Assembly (NCBI GenBank): GCA_046596135.1
Contig: JBKJMX010000166.1
Coordinates: forward strand, 1-60,932
Origin: Gemmatimonadales bacterium
GTDB lineage: Bacteria; Gemmatimonadota; Gemmatimonadetes; Gemmatimonadales; GWC2-71-9
Length of the DNA: 60,932 nt
Direction of reading: 5' to 3'
Shown: positions 38,337 to 46,460 of the stretch, in pieces
Numbering within the stretch: position 1 is the stretch's first letter
Layout of the letters: every line of letters begins with the position of its first letter
Program-made: the position numbers and the translations under genes
The notes under the pieces: model-generated
What the model saw: only the letters and a program-made list of their open reading frames with translations
Told to the model about the DNA's origin: nothing
Databases searched by the model: none

Positions 38337-39977
38337 CTACGCCACCGCATACAGTTCGGTGACATCTCGCCCTGCCGGTCGGCTCATGAGTCGGAACTCG
38401 TCGAGCCGGAGCATCGGATCGTCCCGGACCTCCAGCTCGATGCTCCCCTGCCGGCCCAGCATGGCGACCAGCTTCGGCTCTTCCTCGATGAGGTAGAGCG
38501 CTACATCGGGGTGGAGGCGAATTGCGAGGCGCCGGTCCTTCTTCTCCATCGCGGCCCGCTGGAGCGCCCGCTCGAGCCGGCGGGACACCACCTCGGGTGA
38601 GAATACCCGGCCGGTGCCGTGGCAGGTGTTGCACTCGCGGGTCATTGACGCCCAGAGCGACGGCCGGACCCGCTGGCGGGTCATCTCGATCAGCCCGAGC
38701 TCTGACACGGCGTACGCGCGCGTGCGCGCCCGGTCGCGACCGAGATGGGTGCGGAGCTCCTGCAACACCCGGTCGCGGTTCCCCTTCGATTCCATGTCGA
38801 TGAAGTCGCAGACGATGATGCCACCGACGTCGCGCAGCCGGATCTGACGCGCGATCTCGCGGGCGGCCTCGACGTTGGTGCGGAGGATCGTCTTCTCAGG
38901 ATCCCGCTTGCCGGTGTATCGGCCAGTATTCACGTCAATCGAGACCAGCGCCTCGGTCGGCTGGATGATCACGTAACCGCCGGTCGGAAGATCCACGCGG
39001 GGCTTGAAGAGATCGCGAAGTTCCTGTTCCACCCGGAAGGTGTCGAAGAGCGGGGCGTTGTCGCCGTAGAAATGCACCCGCTCGATCAGCTCGGGGTCGA
39101 TCATCTCGAGGTACTGGCAAATCTCGTGGTGCAATTCTTTCGAGTCGACCCAGAGCGCATCAACCTTGTCGGAGAAGACGTCACGGATGAGCGAGCGAGT
39201 AAGCGACGCCTCACGATGCAGCAACGCCGGCGTGCGGCGGCCCTGTCCCTCCTTCCGCTTCACCTTGCTCCAGGTGTCAACCAGGGTCGCGATCTCGCGG
39301 CGGAAGTGATCCTCGGTGACACCCTCGGCCACTGTGCGAACGATCAGCCCGCCGGCATCGGAAGGCAGCAGCCGGGAGACCATCTCGCGAAGCTTTGCCC
39401 GCTGCTCGCGGCTTTCGATCTTGCGGGAGATACCGACCTTCGACGCGTACGGCATGTACACCAGGAATCGACCGGCCAGCGAGATTTGGGCGGTGACCCG
39501 GCAGCCCTTGGTCGAAATCGGTTCCTTGGTGACCTGCACCGGGATCATCTGGCCTTTCTTCAGGATCTCGGAGATGTCGGGAATGGCCCGCCGGGCTCCC
39601 ACCTCGCGACGCCCGCCCTCACCCCGACGCTTCGGCTCGGGCGCGGCGGCACCTTCAGCGGCGGCTTCTTCGGCGTCAGCAACTTCCTCGTCGTCCGCGT
39701 CGTCCGCGTCGTCCGCGTCGGCTCGGTCGGCCGGATCGTCGTCGTCCTCGGGTTCGAGCAGGTCGGACGCGTGCAGGAAGGCGCTTTTCTCGAGGCCGAT
39801 GTCGACGAACGCCGCCTGGATCCCAGGGAGCACCGCCTCGACCCGCCCAAGGTAGACGTCGCCTACGGTTCGCCGTTGGTCGGGACGGTCAACGAGGAGC
39901 TCGACGAGTCGGTCGTCCTCGAGGATGGCAACACGCGTCTCGCGCGGCGTGCCGGAAATCAGGATCTCGCGCTTCAC
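38337..39977 (-). CDS. Rne/Rng family endoribonuclease (RNase G-length, no C-terminal scaffold)
   Basis: S1 domain (VLPGIQAAFVDIG), QVTKEP..TKG, SIDVNTG, RLRDVGGIIVCDFIDM, EMTRQR and CxxC Zn-link. Confidence 0.93.
   Translation of the reverse strand: MKREILISGTPRETRVAILEDDRLVELLVDRPDQRRTVGDVYLGRVEAVLPGIQAAFVDIGLEKSAFLHASDLLEPEDDDDPADRADADDADDADDEEVADAEEAAAEGAAAPEPKRRGEGGRREVGARRAIPDISEILKKGQMIPVQVTKEPISTKGCRVTAQISLAGRFLVYMPYASKVGISRKIESREQRAKLREMVSRLLPSDAGGLIVRTVAEGVTEDHFRREIATLVDTWSKVKRKEGQGRRTPALLHREASLTRSLIRDVFSDKVDALWVDSKELHHEICQYLEMIDPELIERVHFYGDNAPLFDTFRVEQELRDLFKPRVDLPTGGYVIIQPTEALVSIDVNTGRYTGKRDPEKTILRTNVEAAREIARQIRLRDVGGIIVCDFIDMESKGNRDRVLQELRTHLGRDRARTRAYAVSELGLIEMTRQRVRPSLWASMTRECNTCHGTGRVFSPEVVSRRLERALQRAAMEKKDRRLAIRLHPDVALYLIEEEPKLVAMLGRQGSIELEVRDDPMLRLDEFRLMSRPAGRDVTELYAVA
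39691..39720. repeat. In-frame 9-bp tandem repeat (TCGTCCGCG)x3 in rne/rng
   Basis: Three exact copies plus 3 nt, encoding ADD repeats within an acidic insertion. Confidence 0.8.
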
Positions 39978-40241
39978 AAAGGTCTCTGCTGCGCGGCACG
40001 ACTCGATGTCGAGTGGGGCCTGGCGCGGTCAATGGTGGGCGCCGACGCCGATGATCGGCGGCGGATGGCCGGTCCTGTCCCGTATCCCGTTCCGCCCTGC
40101 GGCGGGAACTGCGGCACCCTGCCAGCGAGAGCCCCGACCGGCACCGGTGGGCGCGGGCAACGGGGGGCGTAACCGACCATCCAAGGTCGATGGCGCCCCC
40201 CGCCGTCCCGGCCGAAACCGAGGGCTGGGGCTGTCGCTTCT

Positions 40242-40508
40242 GGTGGAGGCAGTGTGCCTGGAATGCGGCGATGATCCGGCGAAATCCATCCAGAATCATG
40301 CATGCAAATGCCCGGGTCCTCGCCAAGTGGCGAGCGACGCGATGTGGACGACCATCACACCGGGTGGGTTGCATCGCAGAAGGATATGCGGCTGCGGCAC
40401 TTGCGACAACTTGGAGGAGCCCGGGACGCCTCCCGAGTGAACCCCTGAACCCGATGTGACGTTTCACACGAATGCCGGGTCGGGCAGCACTCGGCAACGC
40501 CTCCGACC
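40242..40508 (-). ncRNA. Candidate ~265-nt rod-like structured RNA (6S-RNA-like architecture) or structured rne/rng leader
   Basis: Nested long-range complementarity read by eye (see findings), with TATACT just upstream on the minus strand. Strand and family are uncertain. Confidence 0.5.
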
Positions 40509-40549
40509 GACAGTATATTTCAGGGATTCCAGTAAAACACGCGGAGCTC

Positions 40550-42373
40550 ATGAACGTCGCCCCCTCCATCGCCCCCCGGTGCCTTGTTGCCGCGCTTGCC
40601 ATTGCCGCCGCGGCGTGCGGCGGCGATGGCTCGAACCAGCCCGGCCCACCGGCCTCGCTGGAAGTCGTCGCGGGGGGTGGACAGTCCGCCGTGGTGACCA
40701 ACTTCGTGTCGATTGCGCCGAGCGTGAGGGTCCGCGACGGGAACGGGAACGCCCTGTCCGGGATCGTGGTCCGGTACAGCGTGCAGAGTGGCGGCGGCAC
40801 CGTCACCGGAGACTCGGCGCGGACGGACGCCAATGGTGTGGCACCGTCGGGAAGCTGGCGTCTGGGCAGCATCACCGGCGCCCAGTCGCTCAGGGCAACG
40901 GCCCAGAGCGCCTCGGTCACGATCACCGCCACGGCGACGCCCGGGCCACCGGCCGTGATCGTCCCCGTCACCTCACAGTCGGCGGCGGCGCTGGTGGCCG
41001 CGTCGATTACGCCTGTCCCGACCATTGAAGTTCGCGACGGCTTCGGCAACGCGCTGCCCGGCGTGGCCGCCAGCTTTACCGTCACCCTGGGTGGCGGAAC
41101 CGTGACGGGAGGCTCAGCGACCACCGACGCGAACGGTCGAGCGGCCGTCGGCTCCTGGACCCTGGGCTCTGCCGCCGGGCTCAACCGGCTCATCGCCCGG
41201 GCGGGTAACGCGTCGCTGGTCTTCGAGGCCCAGGCGCTTGGCGCCGCACCGGTGGCCGCGTCCGCCGAGTCACCGACGTCGCAGAACGGATTCCTGCGGT
41301 ACATGGTCCCCAAGCTCCCGCGGATCAAGTTGGTCGACGGCTTCGGGAATCCATCGCCGGGCATCCCGGTGACGTTCGCGATCGTGGGGGGTGGCGACGC
41401 GGTGCTCACCGGCGCCACCACCGTCACAGACGGCGCGGGCTTCGCGACGCCGTCCGATTGGCGCCTCGGCTTCGCGGCAAACAGCACCGTCGAGGCGACG
41501 ATCGGCGGTGGATTCAACCTCCCGAAGGTGACGTTCACCGCCACCGGTACGACATCGCCGTTCCTGATCGACATCCGCTTTGTGACCCCGATGATTCCCG
41601 ACCTGCGCGATGCATTTGCCGAGGCGGGCATGAGATGGATGGGGATCATCACGGCCGACATCCCCGACGTGGCAGTCAATAATGCGGCATCAGCGTGCAG
41701 TTTCATCAGCACCGGCCCGCTCAACGAATCCGTGGATGACCTGGTGATCTTCGCGCAGGTGACATTCATCGACGGTGTCGGCGGTGTCCTCGGTAGCGCG
41801 GGACCGTGCGTGCAACGGACCACCACCCTGCTGACTACCGTTGGCGGAATGCAGTTCGAGGAAGCAGATCTGCTGAACCTCAAACTGAGCAACCGCCTCA
41901 TCCCGGTGGTCACGCACGAAATCGGGCACGTGCTAGGATTCGGCAAGTTCACTTGGGCCGGCAGGGGCCTCATCACTGACGCTGGCTCTCCCGATCCGAT
42001 CTTCACTGGTGGCCAGGCCAATTCGCTGTGGCCCGCATTCACCATCTCGTACGCCGGCCGTCTCGTCCCGCTTCACAACGCGGATGGTTCCGGGTCGGCG
42101 GATTCGCATTGGCGCGAAAGTGTGCTCGACACCGAGCTGATGACACCTTTCGTCGAGGCAAGCGGGGTCTTCATGCCGCTGTCTCGCCTCACCATCTCAT
42201 CGTTCGCTGATCTGGGCTACGTGGTCGACGTGAACAAGGGCGACCCATTCCTGACCAATATTTCTTTCCCGACGGATATGAGTATCCGTTATCCCAAGTT
42301 CCTGCTCAATGAGCAACTCTACCGGGCGAAGTACGAGGTCGACCCAGTGGGCAGGCTCAAGCCGATCAATTGA
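40550..42373 (+). CDS. Lipoprotein with three Ig-like domains and a leishmanolysin-like (M8) zinc metallopeptidase domain
   Basis: Lipobox AAAC and three repeats ending TDANG....WxLG. Catalytic region GGVLGSAGPC, HEIGHVLGFG, DSHWRES and ELMT. Start ATG 40550. Confidence 0.8.
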   Translation: MNVAPSIAPRCLVAALAIAAAACGGDGSNQPGPPASLEVVAGGGQSAVVTNFVSIAPSVRVRDGNGNALSGIVVRYSVQSGGGTVTGDSARTDANGVAPSGSWRLGSITGAQSLRATAQSASVTITATATPGPPAVIVPVTSQSAAALVAASITPVPTIEVRDGFGNALPGVAASFTVTLGGGTVTGGSATTDANGRAAVGSWTLGSAAGLNRLIARAGNASLVFEAQALGAAPVAASAESPTSQNGFLRYMVPKLPRIKLVDGFGNPSPGIPVTFAIVGGGDAVLTGATTVTDGAGFATPSDWRLGFAANSTVEATIGGGFNLPKVTFTATGTTSPFLIDIRFVTPMIPDLRDAFAEAGMRWMGIITADIPDVAVNNAASACSFISTGPLNESVDDLVIFAQVTFIDGVGGVLGSAGPCVQRTTTLLTTVGGMQFEEADLLNLKLSNRLIPVVTHEIGHVLGFGKFTWAGRGLITDAGSPDPIFTGGQANSLWPAFTISYAGRLVPLHNADGSGSADSHWRESVLDTELMTPFVEASGVFMPLSRLTISSFADLGYVVDVNKGDPFLTNISFPTDMSIRYPKFLLNEQLYRAKYEVDPVGRLKPIN

Positions 42374-42394
42374 ACGCGATTGGCCGGGGCGCAC

Positions 42395-43741
42395 TCAACC
42401 CCGGCCGCTGCACCGATCACAGCCGGTGCAGCGCCGCAGCGTCTCGCCAAACCACCCAACCAGCATCCGGCGCCGGCACTCTCGCGCCGTGGCGTAGCGC
42501 ATCATGGCGGTGAGCCGACGCTCGGCCTCCCGCTTGCGCCGGCGCACACCCTGCCAGCTGACGCGGCCGCGATCGGGCCGGAGCTCCGCGCCGAGTCGGT
42601 CGATCGATGCCACCACGCCCGCCGGCTGGCGCGCGCGCAACGAAGTGTCGGCCCACGCGCGTTCGACCAGGCGCTCTGGCGGGAAGGTCACCTCGAGTTG
42701 CTGCCGCGGCATGACGTCATCGGCAGGGTGATGCAGCAGCACACAGCGGGCGGCGCTCCCATCGCGCCCCGCCCTCCCAGCCTCCTGATAGTACGACTCT
42801 GGCGTGGCCGGGCTCGACCAGTGCACCACCAGACGAACATCTGGCTTGTCGATGCCCATGCCGAACGCGCAGGTGGCGACGACCACTCGAAGCTCGCCGC
42901 CGAGGAATCGTTCAAGCGTTGAACGCCGTTCGTCGGGTGTCATCCCGGCGTGGTAGGGCGCGGCGTCGACGCCGGCCTCGCGCAATACCCGGGTGAGCCC
43001 GTCGACCAGCCCGCGCGTCGGCGCGTACACGATCGCCGGATCGCGCGACGCCCGCACCAGCACCACCATCTTGGCCAGCCGATCGTCGCGCCCTGAGACC
43101 GGCACCACATCGAACCGCAGGTTGGGGCGATCGAATGAACCGACGACCGTCGCGGCGTTGGGCGCGAGCGCCAGCGCGCTCGCAATCTCCCGGCGCACCT
43201 CAGGCGTGGCGCTGCCGGTGAGCGCGATGCATTGGGGCGTGCCCAGCGCCTCGCGCGCTGCGCGAATCGTGCGGTAACTGGGCCGGAAATCGTGACCCCA
43301 TTCGACAATGCAGTGCGCCTCGTCGACGGCGAGTCGTGCCACCGGGATGTGCCGGGCGGCCAGTTCGTCGGCGAGACGGGTCAGCCGTTCGGGCGAGGTG
43401 TACAGCATCCGGAGGCGTCCCTCCGACGCGGCCTGCATTGCGGCGTCCTGGGATTCACGCCCGATCGTGGAGTTGAACGCCACTGCACTGACACCGCGGG
43501 AAGTGAGCGCGCCGACTTGATCCTGCATGAGCGCGATGAGTGGGGAAACAACGAGCGTGAGCCCGCGTGTGACGAGCGCGGGCACCTGAAAGCACACCGA
43601 CTTGCCACCGCCGGTCGGGAGCACTGCGAGCACATCACGGCCGGCCATGAGCGGTGCCACGACCCGCGCCTGGAGCGGACGAAAATCCGGGTGGCCAAAC
43701 GTGGCCTGCAAGACATGACGGGCGACTTCAAGCGATGCCAT
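42395..43741 (-). CDS. RecQ family DNA helicase (short form, no HRDC domain evident)
   Basis: LPTGGGKSVCFQ, DEAHC..WGHDFRPSY, AFGMGIDKPDVR, YYQEAGRAGRDG and C-terminal CRR...C.GCDRC; start ATG 43741. Confidence 0.9.
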   Translation of the reverse strand: MASLEVARHVLQATFGHPDFRPLQARVVAPLMAGRDVLAVLPTGGGKSVCFQVPALVTRGLTLVVSPLIALMQDQVGALTSRGVSAVAFNSTIGRESQDAAMQAASEGRLRMLYTSPERLTRLADELAARHIPVARLAVDEAHCIVEWGHDFRPSYRTIRAAREALGTPQCIALTGSATPEVRREIASALALAPNAATVVGSFDRPNLRFDVVPVSGRDDRLAKMVVLVRASRDPAIVYAPTRGLVDGLTRVLREAGVDAAPYHAGMTPDERRSTLERFLGGELRVVVATCAFGMGIDKPDVRLVVHWSSPATPESYYQEAGRAGRDGSAARCVLLHHPADDVMPRQQLEVTFPPERLVERAWADTSLRARQPAGVVASIDRLGAELRPDRGRVSWQGVRRRKREAERRLTAMMRYATARECRRRMLVGWFGETLRRCTGCDRCSGRG

Positions 43742-43811
43742 GGCGGGACGATGGCATGCAAGGCCGTACGGTTGGGGTACCTCGATGCGCGGCGCGTGGC
43801 GCGCCGATGCG

Positions 43812-43988
43812 CTACTTGTCGCCCCCGCTCGGCGGGGCTTTGCCGCCGGGCGCGAACCGAAGCGCGAACGCCACGACGAGCACCGCAATGGCGACCCACG
43901 TGACACGCTGATCCTTGGCCAGTACGGCGACGAGCGCCATCGTGAGCCCGACGAGAGAGAGGACGAACCGGAATCGGGCGAGAGTCAT
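43812..43988 (-). CDS. Small two-TM membrane protein (58 aa), not in the ORF track
   Basis: ATGA overlap with the crotonase stop; MTLARFRFVLSLVGLTMALVAVLAKDQRVTWVAIAVLVVAFALRFAPGGKAPPSGGDK; fills the intergenic gap. Confidence 0.65.
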   Translation of the reverse strand: MTLARFRFVLSLVGLTMALVAVLAKDQRVTWVAIAVLVVAFALRFAPGGKAPPSGGDK

Positions 43989-44740
43989 GTGAGGAATTCC
44001 TGGATGCGTTGCCGGAAGTCCGGAGTGGACCGCGACAGGGCGTTCACCCGCGCGCCGAGTAGCACGCCGTCGGCAAACGACATCCCGTCAAGTTCAGTGA
44101 AGAGCTGCTTGGTGAGCGCGAACGCGGTTGTGCTCGACGCCGCCAGCGCCGACACGACCTCCGCCGCGCGCGCATCGAGAGTATCGGCCGGGACCACTCG
44201 ACTCACGAGGCCGATTGACAGCGCCTCATCGGCGCCGACCAATCGACCGGTCGCCACCAGGTCGAACGCGCGCTTCTCGGTGACCGATCGCCGGAGCAGC
44301 GTCATCACCATCGCCGGCACGAACCCGCGCGCGATCTCGGGAAACCCCATCCGGGCGGTGTCCGCAACGATCACGATGTCGCAGGCCAGTGCCAGACCGG
44401 CACCACCGGCGAGCGCCCGACCCTGCACCACCGCGACCGTCGGCTTGGGCAGCCGGCGCAACGCGAGGAAGATCTCGCCCAGGCCGAGGGCATCACGCTC
44501 ATTGTCGTCGAGCGAGTTGTCGACAGATGCGAGCATCTCGGCGAGGTCGGCCCCAGCACAGAAATCGTTGCCGTCTCCGCGGATCACCACCACGCGTACG
44601 TCGGGCTCCAGCTCGGCGCGCGCCATGCCTTGCGCCAGGCCGTCGATCATGGCGGTGTTGAGGGCGTTGCGCTTGTCGGGTCGATCGAGCGTCAGGGTCA
44701 GCACCCCGCCATCGAGCGATGTCGTGAGGTCTGAACTCAA
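43985..44740 (-). CDS. Enoyl-CoA hydratase/crotonase, methylglutaconyl-CoA hydratase-like
   Basis: RPDKRNAL, FCAGADL and GGAGLALACD...FPE (one catalytic Glu only). Confidence 0.85.
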   Translation of the reverse strand: MSSDLTTSLDGGVLTLTLDRPDKRNALNTAMIDGLAQGMARAELEPDVRVVVIRGDGNDFCAGADLAEMLASVDNSLDDNERDALGLGEIFLALRRLPKPTVAVVQGRALAGGAGLALACDIVIVADTARMGFPEIARGFVPAMVMTLLRRSVTEKRAFDLVATGRLVGADEALSIGLVSRVVPADTLDARAAEVVSALAASSTTAFALTKQLFTELDGMSFADGVLLGARVNALSRSTPDFRQRIQEFLT

Positions 44741-45087
44741 CTCGCTCGCTCCATCGCCTTCTTCGCCACCTTGGCCGGGACGTCAACCTTCATGCGCAGC
44801 AGCGCCGTCGAGTACACCTTGCCCTGGGCATCCGTCTTGAGCGACAGCGTCCCGCCGCCGTCGAGCGCGCCGTGCAACAGGAAGTTGAGTGCATTGAGGT
44901 TGGGGAGCTCGAAGCGTTCGACACCGCTCACCATACCCTTGAAGTGCCGCGCCACCCGCTTGCGGGTGACCTGGTCAACCAACAGATCGTAGTAGGCGGG
45001 CTTGAGGGCGATGAGTCCGACGTTGGCGGTGTCACCTTTGTCACCTGACCGTGCGTGCGCGAGATACCGCAGTTCGATGGATGCCAT
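44737..45087 (-). CDS. AtuA-like C-terminal (ferredoxin-fold) protein
   Basis: AHARSGDKGD..NVG, VERFELP.L.ALNFLL..ALDGGG and DAQGK. Confidence 0.75.
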   Translation of the reverse strand: MASIELRYLAHARSGDKGDTANVGLIALKPAYYDLLVDQVTRKRVARHFKGMVSGVERFELPNLNALNFLLHGALDGGGTLSLKTDAQGKVYSTALLRMKVDVPAKVAKKAMERAS

Positions 45088-46460
45088 CAGATCATCTCCA
45101 CGCGCACAAAGGGTTCGATCTTCTCGCGTGCAACAAGCGCGGGCCAGTACGCGACGATTTCCTCGACCTGCGGCCGGCCACCGGCGAAGCCGGTCACGCT
45201 GGGTGGACCGGTGAGCACCAGCGGCGCGATCTCGCGGGTAAACCGCTCCACGGCCGCGCGATCGGTACCGCGCACGCCCACTCGCAGCATCACCTCAGGA
45301 ATCTCGGGGTCGGGCTCCCCGGCAAGCGGCCCGTGCGTCGAGTTGACGCCGACGTACTCGGTTAGCACCTGTTCGAATTCGAGGCCGAGCGCATCGAGGC
45401 GGCGGCGCAACACACGGTCGGCTGCCTTCGCCTTGTCATATGCCTCCGGCCACGAATACACCAGCGATCCGATGGCCTTGTACCCGTGGAAATACGCGAT
45501 CGACACCTTGAGCAACGGAGTGCGAGGACCTCCCGTGATCCCCGACACGCGAACGCGGTTCTTGCCGTCCTTTTCGAGTTGGATGCTAGTGAAATCGGTG
45601 ATGCCATCGGGCGAGATATACATTTTCGGATCGCCCATCTCGTAGACGAGTTGCTCGGTGACCGACGCAATATTCACCACGCCACCGGTGTTGTCGTGCT
45701 TCGTGACGATGAACGTGCCGTCGGGTGAGGCCTCGACGATCGGGAAGCCGACATCCTCCAGGCACTCAATGTCCCGCCAATCCTTGGAGAGGTTCCCGCC
45801 CGAGCACTGCGCGCCGCATTCGAGGATGTGGCCGGCAATGGTGCCCGCCGCGATCCGATCCCAATCGTCGTGGGCCCAGCCGAACTCGTGCACCAGTGGG
45901 CCGAGCGTCAGCCCGGTGTCGGTGACCCGCCCAGTGATGATGACGTTGGCGCCGCGCCGGAGCGCTTCAACGATCGGCGCCATGCCGAGATAGGCATTGG
46001 CCGATCTCACCTGGTCGCGCACGTCGGTGAGGGGCCGGTCGGTGTCCATGTTGGCCAGCGGATCGCCACTCGCCGCAAGCTCGTCGAGCCGGTCCATGAG
46101 GTCATCGCCCTCGACGAGGGCGATCTTGATTGTATCGCCAAGCCCGAGGCGGTTGGCGAGCGCCCGCACGGCCTCGGCGCAGGCGCGCGGATTGACGCCG
46201 CCGGCGTTCGACACCACTCGAATACCCTTTTCCGCGACGGTCGGAAGGATCCGCTCGAGTTGCGATACAAAGTCGCGGGCATACCCGGCACCCGGGTCGC
46301 GCGATCGCTGCTTCTGCAGGATCGACATCGTGACCTCGGCGAGGTAGTCGAGGACGAGATAATCGATCTCGCCGCCCTCGACCTGCCGCACCGGGGCCTC
46401 CAGCCAGTCACCCCAGAAGCCCTGCCCGGCCGCGATCCGCACCGTCGATCGCTTGCTCAT
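45087..46460 (-). CDS. Acyclic terpene utilisation AtuA family protein (DUF1446)
   Basis: [48 protein letters not shown] and EQLVYE; start ATG 46460. Confidence 0.88.
   Translation of the reverse strand: MSKRSTVRIAAGQGFWGDWLEAPVRQVEGGEIDYLVLDYLAEVTMSILQKQRSRDPGAGYARDFVSQLERILPTVAEKGIRVVSNAGGVNPRACAEAVRALANRLGLGDTIKIALVEGDDLMDRLDELAASGDPLANMDTDRPLTDVRDQVRSANAYLGMAPIVEALRRGANVIITGRVTDTGLTLGPLVHEFGWAHDDWDRIAAGTIAGHILECGAQCSGGNLSKDWRDIECLEDVGFPIVEASPDGTFIVTKHDNTGGVVNIASVTEQLVYEMGDPKMYISPDGITDFTSIQLEKDGKNRVRVSGITGGPRTPLLKVSIAYFHGYKAIGSLVYSWPEAYDKAKAADRVLRRRLDALGLEFEQVLTEYVGVNSTHGPLAGEPDPEIPEVMLRVGVRGTDRAAVERFTREIAPLVLTGPPSVTGFAGGRPQVEEIVAYWPALVAREKIEPFVRVEMI

Noticed and set aside
39974-40303. 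Short ORFs in the rne/rng upstream region
   Set aside because: Pro/Arg/Gly-rich with no RBS or recognisable domain. The region is better explained by RNA structure, though a leader peptide cannot be excluded.
40242-40508. RNase P RNA, tmRNA, SRP RNA or TPP riboswitch as the identity of the structured region
   Set aside because: No GAGGAAAGTCC/AGAACCCGGCTTA (RNase P). CTCCACCA occurs on the minus strand but without a T-arm (tmRNA). No CAGG..GGAA..AGCAG (SRP). ACCCCTGAACCCGAT resembles TPP but the essential UGAGA is missing and no thiamine gene follows.
39889-42045. 718-aa minus-strand ORF, the longest in the track
   Set aside because: It is antisense to the M8 lipoprotein, which has a lipobox, repeats and catalytic motifs. 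Its Pro/Ala/Ser/Val composition is typical of a shadow frame.
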